Part shown: one piece after another, positions 27,487-36,920 of the stretch
Layout: the number at the start of each line of letters is the position of its first letter
Position numbering within the stretch: position 1 is the first letter of the stretch
Source: a candidate division WOR-3 bacterium
GTDB lineage: Bacteria > Hydrothermota > Tepidihabitantia > Tepidihabitantales > Tepidihabitantaceae
Direction: 5' to 3'
Assembly: GCA_965649225.1 (NCBI GenBank)
Contig: CBFGJX010000002.1
Span: forward strand, 1-64,000
DNA length: 64,000 bases
Notes under the pieces: generated by a model
The model's database searches: none
Seen by the model: only the letters and a program-made list of their open reading frames with translations
Told to the model about the DNA's origin: nothing
Program-made: the position numbers and the translations under genes

Positions 27487-30363
27487 ATGTCGCTGCTGAT
27501 TGCTGTCATTTGTACGGCGGCATTGCAGGGTGGTGCTGACCGGTCGGTTGGAACCGGTCTGGATACCGTCGCAATGCGCGCGCTTCACGACGGCCTTGCT
27601 GTTCAGGGTATTTCCCCTGATGAGCTTGGTTTCTACAAACAGTGGGCAGCCGATTCCTGGTATCGTCTTGCAGCGGTCGACAGCCTGTTGAATGCACCTT
27701 TGCGGTCGGTTGACTATGTCAGACTCAGGGCGGATCGGGCAGTTCGTTACGGCCCGGGCCGGCTGGCCGTGAATCTGTGGTCCGAACTGGACGCCCGAAT
27801 TGAGCCTGCGAATGTGGCGGCGGTCGAGCGGGCGCTGGCGGCCGAAAGGGTCGTGCTGAATGACACTGCAGGAGTCCCGATCGGTATTGTGTCGGCGCTG
27901 AGGAGAATAATCGCAGGATTCGCGGTTGGTGAAAGGTCGCTGCAGCGGGCGATTTCGCGGCTGGCACCATATCAGTTTGAGCGTCTACTGGCACAGTCGG
28001 TGGCCATGTGGCAGGATTCAGACGACACCATTGGCCCGAAGCTGTCCGGGGTTCTGCAGCGGGAATTCGGGCGCGAGTGGGATACGGCCACCGAGATAAA
28101 ATCAGAAACTCTGCTGGTTGACATGCGTAGCATCGACCGGCACGAGCTGGCGGTCGGAGGGGCGGCGGTGGTGATGGCGGTGATGGCTGCCGAGCGGCTG
28201 ATTGTCGAAACCTTCGATCAGGACTTTTGGGACCGGCGACCGGGAACGGTATCAGGCGTTGATGGCGACGTGCTGTATTCGTTCGAGACTCGTTGGGGAT
28301 TGGTAGTGGTGGGAGGGCGCGGACCGAATACCTACCGGACCGACTGTGCTGTAATCATAGACCTTGGCGGCGATGATTTGTACCTGAATCGGGCTGGTGG
28401 CGCAGTCGGAATCGACGGCCCTGCCTTTGCGGTGGTTATTGATATGGAGGGTGATGACCGGTACCGCTGCGACCGTCCTTTTGCTCAGGGAGCGGCAGTG
28501 TTCGGATGCGGCGTGCTCGTCGACCGCAAGGGGCGGGACACGTATCAAGCGCAGCACTGTGCTCAGGGGGCAGCAATGTTCGGTACTGCCTGTTTGATCG
28601 ACCGCACTGGTGATGATCTATTCGACGCCGGCTTCTTCGCCCAAGGGAGCGGTTATTGCGGGATAGGGATGCTGGTGGAAGATGCTGGTAACGATGACTA
28701 TCGGACGTGGTGCTATGGCCAGGGATTCGGCGGAACCTGGGGCTACGGGCTGCTGACTGACCGCGCCGGCAACGACTGCTACTACGCTGGCGGCAGGTAC
28801 AAACATGTTCCTCTGTTGCCGTTCGAGTATCGTTCTTTTGCTCAGGGTTTTGCAATTGGTTCGCGCCCGGATGCCGCCGGCGGGATCGGCTTTCTTTGTG
28901 ATGGTGCCGGCAACGACTGCTACAATGCCGAGGTATATGCGCAGGGAACCAGTTACTGGTACTCGCTGGGAATGCTTTGGGATGGTGAGGGGTACGACCG
29001 CTACAATGCCGCACAATACAGCCAGGGTGCGGGAATTCACCTGGCGGTCGGTTTGCTGGTTGATGAGAAGGGTTGTGATGCTTACGTTTCCCGGCTTGGT
29101 CCTGCCCAGGGAGAAGGACATGACCTTTCAGTCGGACTGTTGCATGACGGCGGTGGCGACGATTGCTACGCCTGTTCCGGTGGTCAGGGGGTCGGGCTTA
29201 CCAACTCCGTGGGGTTGTTCTTTGACGTGGATGGTAATGACCTCTATGTCACACACGATTCATTGCTGGGCCAGGGCAGTGCCAATGTTGCACGTGGTTT
29301 CGGCGGCTTTGGGTTTTTCGCCGATTTGGCCGGAATCGACCGGTACAGCCGGGTGTCAGGGGCTGCCGATGCGGCCGCATGGAGCAAGGGCAGCTACGGA
29401 GTCGGTCTTGACCTGAATCGGCCGGCAACTGTCATTGACCTGGAACCTGATGTCGACACGACCTCGACCGAAGCTGACTCGTTAAATCTGCCGGTAGATT
29501 CAGTTTTTCGGGTCGCTGCGACCTGGGAGGTCGGCAACGCGGTAAAGCGGGTCAGGCGGGCACGCCGGCAGCTAATCCAGTATGGTACGGCCGCACTCAG
29601 TTATGTTTTCCAATACAAGATTGATACCAAGGATGGCCTTGAGCTAAGGGCGATAGAAGAACTGGTCAGGGCGCTGCCGGACTCGGCGCTGCCACTCTTG
29701 TTACGCACACTGCGCGACACCAGGCTGCTGGCACGGTCCAATGCAGCCTACCTGTTGGGGAAACTGGGCAGCAAGGCCGGTGAGAGCGTTGATTCAATCC
29801 TGCTGGCCATGCGTGACAAACGGATAACGGCACGACGAGCCGCCGCGACGCTTGGAGACATTGGCGAGGCACGGGTTGTTCCACAGCTTCTGCCACTGCT
29901 TCGTGACAGATTCGAACCCACCCGGATAGCCGCCGCGGAAGCCTGCGCCAAACTCAAGAACCCGGTTGCGGTACCGGCGCTGATTGGCTGTTTGTCTGAC
30001 CAGCTGTTCACCGTTCGTTCTGCTGCCGAACTGGCGCTGGTTGCTATCGATTCGGCGGCAGCCGGACCGTTGCTGGCGGCGTTGCCGGGTCTTTCGGATA
30101 TTGCGCTGGGCCATGCGCTGCGCGGACTGGGATCAATCGCTGCCTGTCGTGACAGTGCTGCGCCGGGTGAACGCTGTCGACAGGCCGGTGCGAGCATTGT
30201 CGGGTTTCTCGACCATCGGTCGGCTTTTGTCCGTCTCTGCGCCGTTGAGGCTTGTCGTCGTCTGGGCGATCCCGGACTGCGCGACCGTCTCGTGACCGCG
30301 ATGGCTGCCGAAACCGACGGGTTCGTTCTAAATCAATACCGGCTGGCGCTCAACCAGCGTTGA
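27487..30363 (+). CDS. Secreted protein with Asp/Gly-rich ~26-aa tandem repeats and C-terminal HEAT-like repeats
   Basis: Signal-like N-terminus, about 12 repeats of D..G.D.Y...QG.G...G.L.D, then R..AA..LG HEAT/PBS-lyase repeats. Confidence 0.8.
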   Translation: MSLLIAVICTAALQGGADRSVGTGLDTVAMRALHDGLAVQGISPDELGFYKQWAADSWYRLAAVDSLLNAPLRSVDYVRLRADRAVRYGPGRLAVNLWSELDARIEPANVAAVERALAAERVVLNDTAGVPIGIVSALRRIIAGFAVGERSLQRAISRLAPYQFERLLAQSVAMWQDSDDTIGPKLSGVLQREFGREWDTATEIKSETLLVDMRSIDRHELAVGGAAVVMAVMAAERLIVETFDQDFWDRRPGTVSGVDGDVLYSFETRWGLVVVGGRGPNTYRTDCAVIIDLGGDDLYLNRAGGAVGIDGPAFAVVIDMEGDDRYRCDRPFAQGAAVFGCGVLVDRKGRDTYQAQHCAQGAAMFGTACLIDRTGDDLFDAGFFAQGSGYCGIGMLVEDAGNDDYRTWCYGQGFGGTWGYGLLTDRAGNDCYYAGGRYKHVPLLPFEYRSFAQGFAIGSRPDAAGGIGFLCDGAGNDCYNAEVYAQGTSYWYSLGMLWDGEGYDRYNAAQYSQGAGIHLAVGLLVDEKGCDAYVSRLGPAQGEGHDLSVGLLHDGGGDDCYACSGGQGVGLTNSVGLFFDVDGNDLYVTHDSLLGQGSANVARGFGGFGFFADLAGIDRYSRVSGAADAAAWSKGSYGVGLDLNRPATVIDLEPDVDTTSTEADSLNLPVDSVFRVAATWEVGNAVKRVRRARRQLIQYGTAALSYVFQYKIDTKDGLELRAIEELVRALPDSALPLLLRTLRDTRLLARSNAAYLLGKLGSKAGESVDSILLAMRDKRITARRAAATLGDIGEARVVPQLLPLLRDRFEPTRIAAAEACAKLKNPVAVPALIGCLSDQLFTVRSAAELALVAIDSAAAGPLLAALPGLSDIALGHALRGLGSIAACRDSAAPGERCRQAGASIVGFLDHRSAFVRLCAVEACRRLGDPGLRDRLVTAMAAETDGFVLNQYRLALNQR

Positions 30364-30416
30364 AACGGGATGGCAGTTTCCTTGACTGGCACTGTGCCGG
30401 CGGGTAGATTGATGCC

Positions 30417-31724
30417 ATGCATCGTACGTTGGCTGCGGAGATAACTCAGCACATCGGCAAGCGGGTACGGCTTGTCGGCTGGCTTCACCACGTTCGTGAG
30501 CTGGGGACGATTTCGTTCGTCATTGTCCGTGACAGGACCGGACTGGCACAGGCGGTTACTGACGCTCCGGCACGGTTCGGACTCGACCGCCTGAAGCGGG
30601 AGAGCATTGTCGCGGTCACCGGCACGGTGAAGCCGGAACCCCAGGCCCGGCGCGGTGCGGAACTGATACTGGAGTCGATTGATGTTATCTCTGAACCGGT
30701 TGCAGCGTTGCCTTTTGAGGTCAACCGATCCAAAAAGAAGCTGAATCTCAAAATCGACACGATACTTGACCATCGGGCCTTTGGTCTGCGTAATCCTGAA
30801 TTCGGCTGGGTTTTTCGTGTGCAGGCCGAAATCGTCCGGACGTTTCGAGAATACCTGCGCAGTCAGGGATTTCTTGAGGTACATACCTCAAAAATCGTTG
30901 CCGCTGGTACCGAGGGCGGTACATCGCTGTTTCGGCTGAAGTATTTCGAGCAGGATGCCTACCTTGCTCAAAGCCCGCAGTTCTACAAGCAGATGCTGGT
31001 TGGCGCCGGTTTTGAACGGGTGTGCGAAGTCGGATTTGTCTATCGGGCTGAGGACCACGCTACTTCCCGGCACATCAACGAGTATCTATCACTGGATTTC
31101 GAGATGGGTTTCATTGACTCGTATCGTGATGTCACTGCGATGGAGACCGGTTTTTTGCGCCAGCTGATGCAGAATCTCAATGATAACTGTGCTGAGGAAC
31201 TGGAACTGTTTGGTGTAAGTCTGCCCGAAGTGCCGGCCGAGATACCCGACATACCGCTCAAGGAAGCGCTGGCGATACTGGCGAAGGATTTTGGCCGTGA
31301 CACCAGCGGCATCGAAGACCTTGATCCCGAGGGAGAAAGGCAGATCTGCGAGTACGCCCGCAAGAGTCTGGGCAGTGAGTTTGTTTTTGTCAGTCACTAT
31401 CCGGCCAGCGCCCGACCATTTTACACGATGCCCGACCCGACAGACCCGGCGTACACGCTCGGATTCGACCTGCTGTTCCGGGGGCTGGAGGTGACAACCG
31501 GAAGCCAGCGTATCCACGACTACCAGATGCTCTGCAACAATATTCGCTCACGCGGTATGAATCCGGACGACTTCAAGTTCTATCTTGAGATTTTCCAGTA
31601 TTCGATGCCGCCGCACGGAGGTTTGGCAATCGGTGCCGAACGACTGACCCAGCAGTTGCTTGGACTGGCGAACATTCGCGAGGCGAGCCTGTTTCCCCGC
31701 GACCGGTATCGACTTACGCCGTAG
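30417..31724 (+). CDS. aspS: Aspartate--tRNA(Asp/Asn) ligase, short archaeal-type (likely non-discriminating)
   Basis: 435 aa with no GAD insert. Motifs YLAQSPQFYKQ, YRAE...RHINEY and MPPHGGLAIGAER. Confidence 0.9.
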   Translation: MHRTLAAEITQHIGKRVRLVGWLHHVRELGTISFVIVRDRTGLAQAVTDAPARFGLDRLKRESIVAVTGTVKPEPQARRGAELILESIDVISEPVAALPFEVNRSKKKLNLKIDTILDHRAFGLRNPEFGWVFRVQAEIVRTFREYLRSQGFLEVHTSKIVAAGTEGGTSLFRLKYFEQDAYLAQSPQFYKQMLVGAGFERVCEVGFVYRAEDHATSRHINEYLSLDFEMGFIDSYRDVTAMETGFLRQLMQNLNDNCAEELELFGVSLPEVPAEIPDIPLKEALAILAKDFGRDTSGIEDLDPEGERQICEYARKSLGSEFVFVSHYPASARPFYTMPDPTDPAYTLGFDLLFRGLEVTTGSQRIHDYQMLCNNIRSRGMNPDDFKFYLEIFQYSMPPHGGLAIGAERLTQQLLGLANIREASLFPRDRYRLTP

Positions 31725-31799
31725 ACAGTTTTGACGAACATTATCCGGCAGTTTCTGTCTGGTAGAAAGGTCAGTTAGTTCCGGAAAGTGGAGACACTT

Positions 31800-33953
31800 A
31801 TGAGAAGATTTGCAGTTATTTTGCTTGCGGTGGGGTTCGTCCCGGCTTTGCCCTTGCCCGAGAACGGCGTAAGGCCACCGTTCGCGGTTGACCCGTCGGT
31901 AGCCCGGGCTGTGGCCCTGCGCAAGGCTGCGGCCGAGTACCCCGGCGCAAGACTCGGGGTGGAACTGCCCTATGTCGACCAGACCGGAACGACAGTTGCC
32001 TACAGCTTCGTGTTCCGCGTTGACGGCGGTGAGATGGGCGGCTACGACGATGTCCGTGCCGACATTCTTGCCGAACGCGCCCAGCTCGGCCCTGACGTCG
32101 ACCTGACCCGCTGGCGTTCGAAGTATGCCCACGTAACCGTATCGGCCCGCCGCGACCGCAGACCGATACTGCGCTATGGTTATGGCGCGGGCGAATACTG
32201 GGCTGTCGGCGCCGTGGCGCTGGAGCGTGCCCGGCTGGCACTGGGGAGTGAAGCTCGGTTCACCCGGTTGTACTTCATTCATCCGGTGGTCTACTTCGAG
32301 TTTGAGGACCCCGCTGGTCGACGGGTGATTTACAGCGAGCACTTCGAGCGTTCCTGGGACAGCCGGGAGGCCTTTGTCGCCGAGGTTGAACAGAACATCG
32401 ATGAAATGAGGTCGAGGCACGGTTTCGATGCCGCTGCTGCCGCCGCAGTTCACTTTGCGGAGTGGGAGACAGCACTTGCAGCCGATTTCCGTGACTACAC
32501 CGAGGTTTTCGTGCCCAGCGTCGGTCGGGCCCCGTTCTACGACTGGAGCTACGGTTGTACTCCGACGTCGGGCGCAATGGTGCTGGGCTACATCGATCGC
32601 ACGCAGGACTACGGTAAACTCATCAAGTGGTTCGCTCAGCGCTACGACATGGTCGAAGGCGAACCCGACTGGCAGATTCCCAATGCCCAGCGTGAGTGCG
32701 CAATCGCGATGGGCACCGACACGACCCGCGGCGGCACGTCGATATACGGCATCGCCGGCGGCCTGCAGTCGGTAGGGATGGCCAACGGCTACGTGTTCAC
32801 GATGCTCGATGCACTGGGCGCGTCATGGAACGACTGGTGCTGGGATACGATCAAGATGGAGATCGATGCCGGCCGTGCCCACGTCTGGTCTGCTTTGTGG
32901 GCGATTCATTCGCTGGCTGCGTTCGGCTACCGCGAGCCACAGAAGGATGTTTATGTCCACAACACGTGGTGGGCTCCGGCTGAGTGGTGGGGACATTCGG
33001 GCAACGATTTTGCCCACGTTGCGTCGCCCGATCCCTGGGGCGGCGATCCCCGGCGGCTGGAGCTCGTCTACCCGAAGGGAGACACCAACTACAACAGCAA
33101 TGGTCGCGGGCAGCAGTTCTATGTCGGCGACACTGTCCGTGTTGTCTGGGCAAATTTCGGACCGTCCGGCTCACGCGTTGGCATTGATCTGTCCCTTAAC
33201 GGAGGCAAGGACTGGACGGTGCTTGATGACAACGTACCTGATACCGGCGCGTGGAATTGGGTTGTTTCGACCGAACTTCGCCGTAATGACTCAACACGGC
33301 TGCGTCTGCGGCAGTACAGCGGTACCGCCATGACCTCCGCGGACGGGAGTTTTGGCAACTTTCTCATACTGCGTGAGCCGTTGCCACCACCACAAATTGC
33401 TCCGCCGAACGGGCTGCCGGTCTTTGACCCGCCGGTAGTGGTGGAGGTTGATTCAAGCCGCGCCAGAGCCGATAGTTTCGATTTCAAGCTGATACTCGGA
33501 ACCGACACGCTCCTGCGGCACACCGGAACGAGTCCGCGCTGGTCGCTTGACGGCTATCCGTTCATTTACGGTCGTATCTACAAGTGGGTTGTGCGCGGGC
33601 GCAACAACTACGGCTGGAGCGAATGGTCGGCGCCGTGGTCGTTTCGCATCCTTTTCCAGGGCATTGAGGAGACCGTCGGTCGCCCGGTGTCCGGTTCGGC
33701 TGCGCTACCAGTTACGATTGCCCGGCTTAGTGCCGGACAACTGGAATTCGGCAGCCGAAAACCGAATCCCAGCAGGGTCATGACAATCTTCGATGCCGCG
33801 GGCCGGGTGGTAGTGTCGATTTCGCCATCACGGCGTGACGGGACATTGTCGTGGAATATGTGCGATAACTCCGGTAAGACTGTCGGGCCGGGCTGCTACA
33901 TCGCCTTACTCGAGCCGGGTCGGGTTATGTGCAAGCTTGTGCTGATGCGCTGA
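31800..33953 (+). CDS. Secreted papain-fold cysteine peptidase (C10/C39-like) with FlgD/T9SS-like tail
   Basis: Signal peptide, then YDWSYGCTPTS (Cys), IHSLAAFGY (His) and VHNTW (Asn). The tail reads IFDAAGRVV...W...GPGCY...KLVLMR. Confidence 0.7.
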   Translation: MRRFAVILLAVGFVPALPLPENGVRPPFAVDPSVARAVALRKAAAEYPGARLGVELPYVDQTGTTVAYSFVFRVDGGEMGGYDDVRADILAERAQLGPDVDLTRWRSKYAHVTVSARRDRRPILRYGYGAGEYWAVGAVALERARLALGSEARFTRLYFIHPVVYFEFEDPAGRRVIYSEHFERSWDSREAFVAEVEQNIDEMRSRHGFDAAAAAAVHFAEWETALAADFRDYTEVFVPSVGRAPFYDWSYGCTPTSGAMVLGYIDRTQDYGKLIKWFAQRYDMVEGEPDWQIPNAQRECAIAMGTDTTRGGTSIYGIAGGLQSVGMANGYVFTMLDALGASWNDWCWDTIKMEIDAGRAHVWSALWAIHSLAAFGYREPQKDVYVHNTWWAPAEWWGHSGNDFAHVASPDPWGGDPRRLELVYPKGDTNYNSNGRGQQFYVGDTVRVVWANFGPSGSRVGIDLSLNGGKDWTVLDDNVPDTGAWNWVVSTELRRNDSTRLRLRQYSGTAMTSADGSFGNFLILREPLPPPQIAPPNGLPVFDPPVVVEVDSSRARADSFDFKLILGTDTLLRHTGTSPRWSLDGYPFIYGRIYKWVVRGRNNYGWSEWSAPWSFRILFQGIEETVGRPVSGSAALPVTIARLSAGQLEFGSRKPNPSRVMTIFDAAGRVVVSISPSRRDGTLSWNMCDNSGKTVGPGCYIALLEPGRVMCKLVLMR

Positions 33954-33985
33954 GCTGTTACGAGCCATCCGGGCGACACTGGCCG

Positions 33986-34954
33986 CTAGATGTGAAATTC
34001 TACAACGTCGCGGTCTTGCAGGATCTGGTTGCGCTCAACCCGCTGCCCGTTGAATCCGCTCGCGTTCCAGAGCCGGGCATAGCTCAGGTTTCGGGCAATG
34101 TCCTTATGCAGGTTGTAAGCGGCATCAATTATGGTAGCACCGCGTTTGAGAATAACCGGGTCATGCATTTCTGGCGGTTTCCCCGGTTTTTTCGTGTAGA
34201 CGCGAATCACCTCGAGCGTTTCGAAAACGCGCCGGCGCAGGTCTTCGAGCCCGGTGCCGTGCTCGGCTGAAACAAGCAGCATCGGCACGTCCCCGAGCAT
34301 CTCGCGCAGGACTGCCAGTCGGTCGAGGGCGGCCGGGTCGTCGCATTTGGTACCCAGCCGGATCAGCTTCTTCGGAGTAACCCCTTCGGTCGGATTGAGC
34401 GCAATGCGGGCTTGAGCAAGCAGGCTGTGCAGCAGTTCGGTATTCTCGAGCAGGGCGTCGTCGGCGAGGTCGTAGAGCAGGGCGAGTACATCGGTCGTGC
34501 GCATTATGTGGTAAAGCCAGGGCGGTGCATCCGGCGCAACCGGCGGCATGTCCACAAGCTGAATCTGGATGTCCTCGAATTCCATCATACCGGCCTGCGG
34601 TATCGTTGTCGTAAACGGGTAGGCCGCTACCTCCGTCGCGAGTCCGGTCAATGCGCGTACCAGAGCTGATTTGCCCGAGTTGGGCACGCCGACGGTCACG
34701 ACCTGGCCCGCGCCCTGTTTCTCGACGTGGAACCAGTCGCCGCGCCGGCCACCAGCAGACTTGCTCGATGCTGAGAGTTCCTTCTTCAGCTTGGCGATGC
34801 GTGTCTTGAGATCGGCCTGCATCTTCTCAGTGCCCTTGTGCTTGGGGATGGTCTGCAGCATCTCCTCAAGGCAGACCAGCTTTTCCTCAGGCGAAGCGGC
34901 GAGGCGGTATCGCTCTTCGGCCTTCTTAAACTCGGGAGAGAGGTTCGCCGGCAC
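33986..34954 (-). CDS. OBG/DRG-family GTPase with TGS domain
   Basis: Motifs MPANL, IPKHKGTEK, GVPNSGKS, YPFTT, IRVYTKKPG and DRDVVEFH. Confidence 0.9.
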   Translation of the reverse strand: MPANLSPEFKKAEERYRLAASPEEKLVCLEEMLQTIPKHKGTEKMQADLKTRIAKLKKELSASSKSAGGRRGDWFHVEKQGAGQVVTVGVPNSGKSALVRALTGLATEVAAYPFTTTIPQAGMMEFEDIQIQLVDMPPVAPDAPPWLYHIMRTTDVLALLYDLADDALLENTELLHSLLAQARIALNPTEGVTPKKLIRLGTKCDDPAALDRLAVLREMLGDVPMLLVSAEHGTGLEDLRRRVFETLEVIRVYTKKPGKPPEMHDPVILKRGATIIDAAYNLHKDIARNLSYARLWNASGFNGQRVERNQILQDRDVVEFHI

Positions 34955-34983
34955 GCCTATTTATAGCCGAAACTGCTCACAGC

Positions 34984-35011
34984 GCAAGAACCCCGCAGAC
35001 GGGGTCCTTGC
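34984..35011 (-). terminator. Hairpin downstream of the alpha/beta hydrolase gene
   Basis: GCAAG-a-ACCCCG-caga-CGGGGT-c-CTTGC. Confidence 0.5.
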
Positions 35012-35025
35012 GAAACAGACGCAGG

Positions 35026-36456
35026 CTAATCGCCAGTTGCAAAGCGCTGCAGAATCCAGTCGCCAAACAGAGCAAGGGCCTTGGGAGCGATCGTTTCCTC
35101 AATTCGCGCGTATTCGGTGACCGCGCCAGTCGTCGCAGTCTGTAACAAGTGATTCAGTCCGGGCAGTTCCTTGACCGTCCAGTCAGGGTTACCGCCGGCC
35201 CTGAGTACAGTTTTGATGGCGGCGAGGTTTTCGCGCGGGGAAACCTGAACATCTTTTTCGCCGATAACCGCCAGTACCGGGACCTTGAGTCGACGCAGTT
35301 CAGGGGCCGGGTCGTAGGCGACGAACTGGCGGAACCAAGGGGTGAGCGCCGTCCTGGCCTGGGCCGCGATGGCCTCGGCCGATTGAAGCGCACCGGGTTG
35401 TGAATCGGGCAGTGCCTCGGCTGCCTGAGACAGCAGTTGGCGCAGGCTGGCGCCAGCTACGGCGGTGTCAGTCGCGCTCAAGACAATATCCAGTACCTGA
35501 CGCTGAAGTGCGGCCGCCGCGTCTGCAGCCGAATCGGACTCGCCGGCTGATCTGGCAATGAGACGGGATTGAAGCACGAGCAGTGAGTCGCCGCGCAGGC
35601 CGGTGCCGGCCATCAGGATGACAAACGCGACCCCACCGCGATTGGCGACAATCGGGGCGATAATCCCGCCTTCACTGTGTCCGAGCAGGCCGATGCGGCC
35701 AGGGTCAATTTCAGGGCGAGTTTTCAGGTAGGCAACGGCCGCAGCGGCATCGGATGCCATGTCTGTGGTGGTGGCAGTCGAGAAGTCACCGGTCGACTTG
35801 GCCACGCCCCGGTCGTCATAGCGAAGCACCGCGATGCCGCGTCGGGTCAGGTAATCAGCTATCACAAGGAACGGCCTGTGGCCGAACACCAACTCATCGC
35901 GGTCTTGGGGGCCGGAACCGGAGATGAGTACCAGGGCGGGGAATCGGTCACCCGAGTCAGGCAAAGTGAGGGTGCCAGCGAGTGTGATTCCGGCAGCCGG
36001 GTTCACAAATTCCACTTCCTCAACCCGATAGGGGAATGGTTCCTTTGGTTCCTGGGGGCGGACAGGGGCGGCAAGCCCGGTATTGCGGCGCAACGTCAGC
36101 GGCAGACTGAGCGGGCCTTGTTTCCAGACGCCGGACAGCACGCTGTCACCAGGCTGGAGCACGGCTTCAAACGAGCCGAAAGCCGACGGTATCTTCAGGG
36201 TCAGTCTGCGTTTGGCAAAGGACACGTCGGCGGCTTCGAGTCCGAAGGCGCCCTGGTCCGGGCTGTCCATTGTGGCCGCCAGCTTGCCGTCACCGGTGCG
36301 GGCCACGTGCAGCACAATTGTCAGTTCGCCGCCGGGAACCGCAAGCTTGCCCTGCCAGTCGCCTTCCGGATTGCCGACCCTGCCGCGGCAGCCCGAGCAG
36401 AGCGCAAGGACCGCGGCAAGAAAGATAGTCGTTATGAGAGTCCGATGTACAGTCAT
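35026..36456 (-). CDS. Alpha/beta hydrolase lipoprotein
   Basis: Probable lipobox Cys, with ISGSGPQDRDE, LRYDDRGV, the GHSEGG nucleophile, GEKDVQV and LNHL. Confidence 0.88.
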   Translation of the reverse strand: MTVHRTLITTIFLAAVLALCSGCRGRVGNPEGDWQGKLAVPGGELTIVLHVARTGDGKLAATMDSPDQGAFGLEAADVSFAKRRLTLKIPSAFGSFEAVLQPGDSVLSGVWKQGPLSLPLTLRRNTGLAAPVRPQEPKEPFPYRVEEVEFVNPAAGITLAGTLTLPDSGDRFPALVLISGSGPQDRDELVFGHRPFLVIADYLTRRGIAVLRYDDRGVAKSTGDFSTATTTDMASDAAAAVAYLKTRPEIDPGRIGLLGHSEGGIIAPIVANRGGVAFVILMAGTGLRGDSLLVLQSRLIARSAGESDSAADAAAALQRQVLDIVLSATDTAVAGASLRQLLSQAAEALPDSQPGALQSAEAIAAQARTALTPWFRQFVAYDPAPELRRLKVPVLAVIGEKDVQVSPRENLAAIKTVLRAGGNPDWTVKELPGLNHLLQTATTGAVTEYARIEETIAPKALALFGDWILQRFATGD

Positions 36457-36920
36457 TGGTTACCTCCGGCGCGTTCACGCGCCAGTGCTGTCAGCAGCCG
36501 TGTTCGGACCGGTTCTGGCTACAGTCCTTCTTTGCAGCCTGAATTGTCCGGTGAAGCAGCTACCCGGGTGAGCAGGTTGCTCGCAGGTCTGGGTGGGCTC
36601 GCTAGTTCCGATTCTTGTTGTCATCGGCGTCACCGTCAGCCTTGCGCGGTCCTGACGATGGACCTTAACCTCGACCTTTCGGCCACGTTCGACGCTGCCT
36701 ATCATCTCCTTGAGGTAAGGGCCTGAGTCGTCCATCTGCGAGTCGCCGTATGCATTTACACCAGAGAATCTGACCGAACCAGCCGGAAGTGCCACTCGAT
36801 TTGCCACCCTTGCTTCGCGTCTCTACACTTCGTGCCAGCAACGAGGGGCGATGAGCGCAAGCCCGTCCAGAACGGTAAGAGCCGCTTCTCAATTACTGCT
36901 ACTTCGTCGGCCGGGTAGCG

